Below are positions 19,212-26,859 of a DNA stretch of 64,000 nt, one piece after another. The stretch's first letter is position 1, and the number at the start of each line of letters is the position of its first letter. The stretch covers positions 1,121 to 65,120 of the forward strand of contig CANMDT010000006.1 of NCBI GenBank assembly GCA_947496715.1, given 5' to 3'. The notes under the pieces are model-generated. The model made no database searches. It saw only the letters and a list, made by a program, of their open reading frames with translations, and was not told where the DNA came from. The position numbers and the translations under genes were made by a program. The DNA comes from Myxococcales bacterium (GTDB lineage Bacteria; Myxococcota_A; Bradymonadia; REDH01).

Positions 19212-20608
19212 GAGGCACCAAACCCGCGCCGGGACATGGCGCCCCAGGCCTGAACGCCTCGGAAGTAGTTCACCATGCCGCGGAGCCGCCAGTAGAGCGT
19301 GAGCTGGCGATACCCGAAGTTCTCAATGATGCCGAACATCGTCATGCGGAGCAGGTCGCGCCAGTTGGGGTAGACCGAGAAGGAGATCTCCTCCAGCGCC
19401 AGGGTAGCGACGCTAAGCAGCACACCGAAGAAGAGCGAGACGGTGAGAAAGAGGAGCATGAAGGAGGTATCGACGACTCCGAGCAGGTAGCTGATCGAGA
19501 CCGTCACCAGTCCGACGAGTTCGACGATGGGGCCGAGCATCTCGAAGATGGCGAAGAAGGGAAAGATGACCATGCCGACCACGCCGTAGCGGGGGTTGAA
19601 GAACATGGTGCGATGGCGCCAGATGGAGTCGATGAGGCCGCGGTGCCATCGGTCGCGCTGCCGCCCAAGCTGCTCCAACGTCTCGGGAACCTCGGTGTAA
19701 CAGGTGGAGTCCCAGACGAAGACGATGCGGTAGGGCACATGGTCTTCGCGCATCTGGCGGTGGAGCCGGACGACCAGTTCCATGTCTTCGCCGACGGTAT
19801 CGTGGCGGTAGCCCTGCACCTTGAGCACGGCGTCGCGTGAGAAGAGTCCGAAGGCGCCGGAGATGATCAGCGTTCCGCCAAGCAGATTCCAGCCGACCCG
19901 CCCGAAGAGGAAGGCGCGGAGATACTCGACCACCTGGAAGGCGGGCACGGGCTTCTCGGGCATGCCGATGGCCTCGACCTGGCCGTTGCGGATGGTGCAG
20001 CCGTTCGCCACCCGGACTGTGCCTCCGGTTGCGATGGTCCGGGCGGGGTCGTCGATGAAGGGGAGTGCAAGCCGAAGGAGGGCGTCGGGGCTGATGAGGG
20101 TGTCTGCATCGATGCTGCAGAAGAGGGGGAAGCGGGCCGCGTTGATGCCGCAGTTGAGTGCGTCGGCTTTGCCGCCGTTCACCTTGTCGATGAGCGTAAG
20201 TTTGGGCTCTTTGTAGGACTTGTAGATGGCGACGACAGGCCGGGTCGGGATGACCGCCTGATAGATGGGGTGGACCTCATACATGTCGAAGGCTTCGATC
20301 ATCACCTGCGCGGTGCGATCGGTGGAGCCGTCGTTCACGACGACGACTTCGAACTCGGGATAGCGGAGCGCGAGGAGGGCGCGGACGGAACCTTCGATGG
20401 AAAGGCGCTCATTGAAGGCGGGCGCGATGATGCTGACCGGGTGGGTGTGGTAGCTCCGCAGCGAGCCGTCGAGGTCTGCGGAGATGCGCCTGCGTGCGCG
20501 CAGGAAAATCTCGGCGAGCGAGAGCCCGAAGAGGATCAGGTAGCTGGTGTTCAACCCCACGAAGAAGAAGAGGAAGGCCCAGTCGATGATGTAGATGAAG
20601 CGATCCAA
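19208..20608 (-). CDS. Processive family-2 glycosyltransferase, a polysaccharide synthase of the PgaC/IcaA/NodC/cellulose-synthase type
   Basis: Two N-terminal transmembrane helices, DGSTD, DADT, GGTV..., QRDRWHRG (QxxRW) and four C-terminal transmembrane helices. Confidence 0.8.
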   Translation of the reverse strand: MDRFIYIIDWAFLFFFVGLNTSYLILFGLSLAEIFLRARRRISADLDGSLRSYHTHPVSIIAPAFNERLSIEGSVRALLALRYPEFEVVVVNDGSTDRTAQVMIEAFDMYEVHPIYQAVIPTRPVVAIYKSYKEPKLTLIDKVNGGKADALNCGINAARFPLFCSIDADTLISPDALLRLALPFIDDPARTIATGGTVRVANGCTIRNGQVEAIGMPEKPVPAFQVVEYLRAFLFGRVGWNLLGGTLIISGAFGLFSRDAVLKVQGYRHDTVGEDMELVVRLHRQMREDHVPYRIVFVWDSTCYTEVPETLEQLGRQRDRWHRGLIDSIWRHRTMFFNPRYGVVGMVIFPFFAIFEMLGPIVELVGLVTVSISYLLGVVDTSFMLLFLTVSLFFGVLLSVATLALEEISFSVYPNWRDLLRMTMFGIIENFGYRQLTLYWRLRGMVNYFRGVQAWGAMSRRGFGAS

Positions 20609-20629
20609 GGTGTCGTCTGCTCGGGTGTG

Positions 20630-22078
20630 CTAGCGGTTGGCTTCGAGGTCGCGGACCGAAGTCGCGGAGAAGTTTTCGTCGTCGATATTGAACTCGAAGG
20701 CCAGCGGAGGGAGCTGGTCGGGCGCAACGGCCTCGAGGTAGCCGTCACTGGCAGACAGCGGCGGCAGCTCGTCGAAGGGGGCAAACTGCTCCTCGAAGGC
20801 GAGCGGTGGCAGCGGCGCCGGTTCGTCGAAGCCCCCGTCGGGCAGCGGCTGTGCGAGGATGGAGGTGCCGCCCTCCTCGTCCTCCCAGAAGTTCTCGATG
20901 CCGGAGCGCGGCAGCGGCGCCGGTGCGCCCAGGGGTGCGGCGATGGCGGGGCTGAGCATGGTTGCGCCCCGCCCGAGCAGATAGTTGGAACCCGTATGCG
21001 GGTCTTCGGTGAGGATGCGCTGCGCCATGTCGCGCGCGAAGGGGTCGTTGCTATCAGATGCGATGCGCGCCAACTCTGCGAGGCCGGAATCGCCCAGATC
21101 TCGGAGCGCGGAGGCTGCGTTGAGACGGACCCACCAGCTGGTATCCGAGAGCCTCGTCGCCAGATGTGAGACCATCTCCTTGAGGCCGACGCGACCTGCG
21201 GTTCGCGCAGCCTGTGCGCGGACCTCCCAGCGGTCATCCTCGAGGCCCATAATGATGTCGTCGGGCGCGAGGGTGAGGCGGAGGATGCCCGCCGCGCGAA
21301 AGGCTGCAATGCGGATCTCGTGGTCCTGATCCGTCAGCGCATACTGGATGTAGGGGGCAGAACGGGTGTCGCCCGATAGGGCGAGTACCTCGAGGATGGT
21401 GGCATACAGCCGCGCCTCGGCGCGGGTCTGCGGCGGCTTGCGGAGCAGGGCGCGCAGGCGCGGATGGGCGGCTGAACCGAGGTCGACGAGGATCGCTGCG
21501 ATCTGCGGGCGCGAGATGCCTGCAGGCGTCGCAAGCGAGGCAAGGAGCGGGTCGACAGCGCGGGGGTCGGCGGAGCGGCCGAGGCCACGCGCGGCGGCGA
21601 GTCGGACGGCGGGGACCGGGTCTCGGAGTCTGTCGAAGAGGATCTGCGGCTCGACCTTGCCCTCGAGCATGCCGAGGATACGGACTGCCTCGAGGCGCCG
21701 CCACCAGATGAGGGAGCGGCTGCGACGGACGGCGAAGTCGATGAGTCCGAGTCCTTGGTAGAGGGCTACGAGGTCATCTTGGAGCCTGCTCGCGATGGAG
21801 GAGGCGTAGGCCTCAAGCAGCTCCGCGGCCTCGTCTTTGCGGAGCGGTTTGAGGGTCTTGATGACCTCGGAGAGGGGAATCTCGTTGCTGAGATAGCGGA
21901 CCAGAATCGGTGCGACGCTCCGATTGGCGGCCAACCGTTCGCGCCGCTGCCGGATGCGCCTGAGACGGATCAGGACGACAGCGGCGAGCACCGCGATGAG
22001 CGCAACGAACTGCACGCTGATGAGCCGGACAAAGAGCCGGTAGAGCGGGTCGGTGAGGAGCAGGTCGAAGGTGTTCAT
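20630..22078 (-). CDS. Membrane-anchored HEAT-repeat (PBS-lyase type) protein with an acidic/Pro-rich C-terminal tail
   Basis: Transmembrane helix LISVQFVALIAVLAAVVLI. Repeated D/E-P-x-VR-x-AA-x-ALG HEAT units. The tail carries LPPLAFE twice. The start overlaps the stop of the upstream OMP gene (ATGA). Confidence 0.65.
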   Translation of the reverse strand: MNTFDLLLTDPLYRLFVRLISVQFVALIAVLAAVVLIRLRRIRQRRERLAANRSVAPILVRYLSNEIPLSEVIKTLKPLRKDEAAELLEAYASSIASRLQDDLVALYQGLGLIDFAVRRSRSLIWWRRLEAVRILGMLEGKVEPQILFDRLRDPVPAVRLAAARGLGRSADPRAVDPLLASLATPAGISRPQIAAILVDLGSAAHPRLRALLRKPPQTRAEARLYATILEVLALSGDTRSAPYIQYALTDQDHEIRIAAFRAAGILRLTLAPDDIIMGLEDDRWEVRAQAARTAGRVGLKEMVSHLATRLSDTSWWVRLNAASALRDLGDSGLAELARIASDSNDPFARDMAQRILTEDPHTGSNYLLGRGATMLSPAIAAPLGAPAPLPRSGIENFWEDEEGGTSILAQPLPDGGFDEPAPLPPLAFEEQFAPFDELPPLSASDGYLEAVAPDQLPPLAFEFNIDDENFSATSVRDLEANR

Positions 22079-23610
22079 CGGGCTGCCACCGGAGGCGCGG
22101 CGCGACCAAAGCGACGGGTGAAGCCGAGCGTGAGGGCATGTCGGACGCGGGTAGCGCGATCGGCGCCTGTGTCGGACGGCGCGGTCACGGCGTAACTCAG
22201 TTTTATGGTGGACAGGTAGGAGATGGGGAGTGTGTAGCCGAGATAGGCCCCGACCTGTGGCGAGCCTTCGCGAAGGAGTGCAGGGTCCTGCGACTGGTCG
22301 AAGGGTTCTGTCCCGTAGAGCAGCCAGGCATCCAGGCGCTCTTCATCCGAGATGAGGAGTGTGCCCTTGGCCTGATAGGTGAGGAGCGGCGGTGCAGCGA
22401 CGTCGCCGAAGACGGCCGTCACGCCGGGCTCGAAGAGGAAGCCGTCGAACCGGAGCGCGACGAAGGGGGCAATGAGCTGCACGGTCGGTGTCGTTGCCGG
22501 GGCGCTGCCCGACGCGGGGAGGTCGTAGGAGGAGATGCGGTAGGCTGCGCCAAGCCCGACCCGTTCTCCGAGGTCGATGCTGTTGTCCCACGAGAGGGCC
22601 CAGCTGGGCAGGAACTCGGGGTTGGGCGCAACGGCAAGCGCGAGCCGCGTGTTGTAAATGCTGTTCGGGCGGTAGCGGAGCGAGGGCTCGATGGCGAAGT
22701 CGACGCGGCGTGTCCCGTAACGGCGCGTGTCGAGCACAAAGCCGAGCCCTTCGGCGAACCTGGTGCCGCTATACTCGGCGGCCAGCTGAAGGCTCTGCCA
22801 GTCGGCGTTGCCCTGGCCGGAGGTATCTACGGAGGTGTAGGTGGCGGCTCCGTCGACACGAATCGGCATGAACCGGCGCGCGAGCAGGGCACGCATTGCA
22901 GCCCGCTGCGGGTCGTCGGACTGGGGCGGCAGGGCGTCGAGTTCCTCGGAGAGCCGGGCCAGTTCGTCGCGGTCGAAGAGGACCTGCATAAAGCGGGTGC
23001 GGGCGGCATCGTCTTCGGGCGCTGCTTGAAGATAGGCTGCGTAGCCTTCGATGGCGGTATCGAGGTCACCCGACTGGAAGGCGATCTCAGCGAGGAGTCG
23101 GGTGGCCTCCGTCTGGTCGCTAGCGCTGTCCCGCGCTGCTCCGGCCTCGGCGGCAGCCTCGGCGCGCCGCCCCATCCAGAGTAGAACGCGGGCTGTGGCG
23201 CATCGGAGTTCGCCGTAAGCGGCATACTGAGATTGGAAGGATTGCAGCGTATTCAAGGCGTCGTCGAGGTTTCCCGCGGCGGCCTGAATCTTGGCGTAGG
23301 TGATGGCAACATCAACATCGCCTGGCACGAAGCGGCGGGCGATGCGTGCAGCCTCGAGCGCTTCGCGGAGGTTGCCGGCGGCGAGCGCCTCCTCCGCTTC
23401 GCTGATGAGGCGTGCCACAGAGGGGGTGGCAATCTCAGGAGCGCCTTGCGTCGCCTCGGTCGCGGAGCCTTCGGCCTGGGCAGGCGCAGCGGTGGCGGCC
23501 GAGCCTTCGCCTTCGGCAGCCCGCAGCGTTGCCGGCAGGGCGAGCCACGCGCAGAGCGAGAGGCCCGCAGCCCAGCGGGCGATCGTGCGATTCTGAAGCG
23601 TCACAGACAT
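22075..23610 (-). CDS. Outer-membrane protein: N-terminal TPR region plus a C-terminal beta-barrel (PgaA/BcsC/YaiO-like exopolysaccharide export porin)
   Basis: Signal peptide. TPR-like helices (residues 60-230). The C-terminal 250 aa have alternating hydrophobic residues and end ...LGFTRRF-like strands. Confidence 0.6.
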   Translation of the reverse strand: MSVTLQNRTIARWAAGLSLCAWLALPATLRAAEGEGSAATAAPAQAEGSATEATQGAPEIATPSVARLISEAEEALAAGNLREALEAARIARRFVPGDVDVAITYAKIQAAAGNLDDALNTLQSFQSQYAAYGELRCATARVLLWMGRRAEAAAEAGAARDSASDQTEATRLLAEIAFQSGDLDTAIEGYAAYLQAAPEDDAARTRFMQVLFDRDELARLSEELDALPPQSDDPQRAAMRALLARRFMPIRVDGAATYTSVDTSGQGNADWQSLQLAAEYSGTRFAEGLGFVLDTRRYGTRRVDFAIEPSLRYRPNSIYNTRLALAVAPNPEFLPSWALSWDNSIDLGERVGLGAAYRISSYDLPASGSAPATTPTVQLIAPFVALRFDGFLFEPGVTAVFGDVAAPPLLTYQAKGTLLISDEERLDAWLLYGTEPFDQSQDPALLREGSPQVGAYLGYTLPISYLSTIKLSYAVTAPSDTGADRATRVRHALTLGFTRRFGRAAPPVAAR

Positions 23611-23914
23611 AGCCCGATAGGGTAGCGCGCAAGCGGAGACCCCGCCAGATTTCGCCTAGCACAGGGGCATCTCGCCTGCGAGGAGTCTTTGAGGGTGAAT
23701 CGAGAGCTGAGGGGGAATGTTTCTTCACATGCCAATGATTGCAAAGGGAGGCTTGGGGCTTTGTTGAAGGGCGTGGCAGGGCATAGAAAACTCTCGCGAC
23801 AGCGCCGTGACAGCGAGAGAGCAAAATCCGCTCGACAGGGTGGAAGACTTTGGGTAACATTTGAATTCATGGTCCGAGCGTTCTCGGGCGAAACCTCGAA
23901 CCAAGGAAGATGAG

Positions 23915-24319
23915 ATGGCAAGGATAACGATTGAGGCACGGATCGCGAAGATTCGTCGTGACCGGGAAGCTTTGGAGAAGAAGGAGCAGTCGTTGCTTGC
24001 ACAGAGCACAGACCGGGCCATCAAGAAGATTCTCACGGTCATGAAGGATTCAGGGCTGACTGCGGCGCAGGTGGTCAAGGCTTTGGCGGTTGCGGGCGCA
24101 ACGGCTGCGCCGAACGCGAAGGGGACAAAGGCCGCCAAAACGATTATCAAAGGCGTCAAGCCTGCATTTGCCCCGAAGGCGAAGGGCGGCAAGGTTGCGC
24201 CGAAGTATCGCAACCCTGAGAACGCAGAACAGACCTGGACGGGTCGCGGAATCCCGCCGACCTGGGCTCGTTTGATGCGTGAGGCCGGCCGGCTGAACGA
24301 GTCGATCATTCAAAAGTAG
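23915..24319 (+). CDS. H-NS-family nucleoid-associated protein
   Basis: The C-terminus KYRNPENAEQTWTGRGIPPTWARLMREAG matches the H-NS DNA-binding motif (Y.dEnGe.kTWTGqGRtP). The N-terminus is coiled-coil-like. AAGGAAG ribosome-binding site. It lies in a locally AT-richer patch. Confidence 0.7.
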   Translation: MARITIEARIAKIRRDREALEKKEQSLLAQSTDRAIKKILTVMKDSGLTAAQVVKALAVAGATAAPNAKGTKAAKTIIKGVKPAFAPKAKGGKVAPKYRNPENAEQTWTGRGIPPTWARLMREAGRLNESIIQK

Positions 24320-24514
24320 ACGCAATCTGGAGATGGAATGTCGCGCACTGTCTGAATCGATGCAAATCGAGGGTGACGGTGCGCGATGTCGTTTTGGCCG
24401 AAGCAGAAGGTCATTGTCAGGCCGTCGTCTGCGCTTGATTGAAGCAACGTGCACTCTTACCCAGCGAACCGCCCCGCCGCGCTGAGAGGCGAGAGCGGCA
24501 AACCGAGGAGTGTG

Positions 24515-25576
24515 ATGAGCAGCATCGACGCCACCGCCACCGTTCAAGAATACTATGGCAAAACGCTTCAGACGAGCGCCGACCTCAAGACCAGCGCCTG
24601 CTGCACGCCTGATGCGATGCCGGAGTTCGTAAAGCCGCTCCTGGCGCGCATCCACGATGAGGTGGTGAATCGCTACTACGGCTGCGGGCTCGTCGTTCCT
24701 ACTGCGCTCGACGGCGCCCGGGTCCTCGACATCGGTTCGGGATCAGGCCGCGACGCCTATCTGCTCGCCCAGCTGGTTGGAGAGTGGGGAGAGGTGGTCG
24801 GTGTGGACATGACCGCCGAGCAGCTCGCGGTTGCCCGCTCCCATGTGGAGTGGCACCGCGAGCAGTTCGGGTTTACCCGCGCGAATACGCGGTTCCTCGA
24901 GGGCTTCATCGAGAAGCTGTCGGAACTGCCCCTCGAACCCCACTCCTTTGATGTGGTTGTCTCGAACTGCGTGGTGAATCTCTCCCGACAAGCCAGCGGT
25001 CTTTGCCGGCGCGCGACGTCTGCTCAAGGCGGGCGGCGAGATGTATTTCTCCGATGTCTACTGCGACCGTCGTCTGCCGGAGGCCGTGCGCAATCACCCT
25101 GTGCGCTCTACGGAGAGTGTCTGGGCGGCGCCCTCTACTGGAACGACTTCTTGGGGATGGCGAAGGCGGCCGGTTTTGGCGACCCGCGCCTTGTGACCAG
25201 CCGTCCGCTCGAGATTCTCGACCCGGAGCTGAAGGCGGCCCTCGGCCAGGCAAAATTCTATTCTGCGACCTACCGTCTGTTTGCCATCGATGGGCTGGAG
25301 CCGCTCTGCGAGGATTACGGCCAGGCTGTCATCTACCGAGGCGGGGCGTTGGGCGAGGAGGAGTGCTTTATCCTCGATGGTCACCATGCCATCGAACAGG
25401 GCCGGGTTTTTCCCGTGTGCGGCAATACCTGGCGGATGCTCCAGGACACCCGCTTTGCCCCCTACTTTGACTTCATCGGGAACTTCGACCGCCATTTTGG
25501 CATCTTCCCAGGGTGCGGGACGCTCAATCCGCTCGAGCCCGTGGCAGGCGCTGTTACGGCTGTCGCCTGCTGCTAG
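24515..25576 (+). CDS. arsM: Arsenite S-adenosylmethionine methyltransferase (ArsM-like). The internal 24985-25104 segment is read out of frame because of a compensating indel pair.
   Basis: Motifs CCTPDAMPEF, YYGCGLVVP, VLDIGSGSGRD. The conserved PDKPAVF...GGEMYFSDVY block is encoded only in the alternative frame between about 24985 and 25104. The frame is restored for ALYGECLGGALYWNDF. Confidence 0.7.
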   Translation: MSSIDATATVQEYYGKTLQTSADLKTSACCTPDAMPEFVKPLLARIHDEVVNRYYGCGLVVPTALDGARVLDIGSGSGRDAYLLAQLVGEWGEVVGVDMTAEQLAVARSHVEWHREQFGFTRANTRFLEGFIEKLSELPLEPHSFDVVVSNCVVNLSRQASGLCRRATSAQGGRRDVFLRCLLRPSSAGGRAQSPCALYGECLGGALYWNDFLGMAKAAGFGDPRLVTSRPLEILDPELKAALGQAKFYSATYRLFAIDGLEPLCEDYGQAVIYRGGALGEEECFILDGHHAIEQGRVFPVCGNTWRMLQDTRFAPYFDFIGNFDRHFGIFPGCGTLNPLEPVAGAVTAVACC

Positions 25577-26847
25577 CGGGTGTTGCGGCGGCGCATGGAG
25601 CGTCGGAGCCGTGCGAGCAGGTCGTTGGGCAGGTAGGGCTTGATGAGGAAGTCGTCGGCGCCGACCTCGAAGGCCTTGACGACGCTGTCGTCGCGTGAGG
25701 CGACGGAGGTGACGACGATGGGTGTCTCGTCGTACCGCCTGTCTGCGCGGAGCTGGGCGAGGATGCTGAGTCCGTTGATACCCGGCAGCGAGCTCTCGAG
25801 GATGACAGCGCGCAGGTCGGGGAGGGCGAGCGCGGCGTCGATTTGGGCCCCTGTGGCGGCGATGCGGACGCGGAAGTTCTCGCGTTCGAGGAGCGAGGTC
25901 AGGAACTCCTGCAGCAGCGGGTCGGCCTCGATGACGACGACCAGCGGGAGCTGGTTTTCGACGACGGCGGCGGGCGTGACGATGGTCCGAGCGGGCTGCG
26001 CCGTCGCCTTGAGGAAGAGCGCCTCGAGTTGGGCGATCACCTCGCGGGTGTCGCGCGGCTCGCCGACGGTGAGGGTCGCCGCGACGAGCGGGATGGGGCT
26101 CCTGTCGGAGGCTCCGAGTGCGAAGGGGAGCTCGGAGAGGCGTTCGAGGATGCGGCGCAGCAGGACGATGGCGCTGGCGTCGTCGCAGCCTGCGAGCATG
26201 AGGACGAGCTCGCCGCGGTGGAGGCGGAAGAGGCCGTCGGAGCGTCGGAGGAGCCCGCGGAGTGCCTCTCCGAGCTGTTGGAGGAGCAGGCCCTGTTGCT
26301 CTTCGGTGGCGTTGGCAAGCTTGGCAGCGAGGCCTGGCGCGCCGAGCATGGCGAGCGCGAAGGGTTCGCCGAGCCGCTGCAGGGAGTGGCTGCGGGCCTG
26401 CCAGGCGAGCTGAAAGGCGCGTCGGTTGGGGAGTCCGGACTGTTGGTCGAGCAGGGTCGAGCGCCGGAGCTCGTTGCGGCGCCTGAGGAGTCGGGTGGCA
26501 CAATCGGCTACGGCGTGGCGCTGCAGGGGCTTATCGAGCCGCTCCGCGAGTTCGAGCGCTGCAGGGGGGCGCACGGAGCGGTTGGAGAAGCCGGCCAGCA
26601 TGGCGAGCTCACCTTCGGGCGGCGTCTGGAGCGCAGCAGCGAGCCGGTCGAGTCCCTCATTGGGCAGTTCGAGGTCGATGAGGATGAGCGCGGGGAATTG
26701 CCGCGCGATGGTGGTCAGCGCCCAGTCGACGGCACGAGCCACAACGACCTCACGGTCGAGCGCGGTGAGTGCCTGCTCGGCGATCTTGGCCGCCGCAGGG
26801 TCGTCGGAGATGATGAGGATGAGCTGTTCGGCCCGTTCGATGCGCAT
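25573..26847 (-). CDS. Response regulator with REC-like, degenerate GGDEF and REC domain architecture
   Basis: C-terminal canonical receiver (VVVIEADPLL...DLRAVILESSLPGINGLSIL...FLIKPY). The middle domain starts LLDQQSGLPNRRAF like a GGDEF domain, but the active-site motif reads HRGEL. The N-terminal domain is a degenerate receiver. Confidence 0.65.
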   Translation of the reverse strand: MRIERAEQLILIISDDPAAAKIAEQALTALDREVVVARAVDWALTTIARQFPALILIDLELPNEGLDRLAAALQTPPEGELAMLAGFSNRSVRPPAALELAERLDKPLQRHAVADCATRLLRRRNELRRSTLLDQQSGLPNRRAFQLAWQARSHSLQRLGEPFALAMLGAPGLAAKLANATEEQQGLLLQQLGEALRGLLRRSDGLFRLHRGELVLMLAGCDDASAIVLLRRILERLSELPFALGASDRSPIPLVAATLTVGEPRDTREVIAQLEALFLKATAQPARTIVTPAAVVENQLPLVVVIEADPLLQEFLTSLLERENFRVRIAATGAQIDAALALPDLRAVILESSLPGINGLSILAQLRADRRYDETPIVVTSVASRDDSVVKAFEVGADDFLIKPYLPNDLLARLRRSMRRRNTR

Positions 26848-26859
26848 CGTCTCGCCGGG

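Noticed and set aside
25094-26503. 469-aa minus ORF and the 687-aa + ORF 25843..27906
   Set aside because: Arg/Pro-rich or Gly/Asp-rich shadows of arsM, the REC-GGDEF regulator and trxB.
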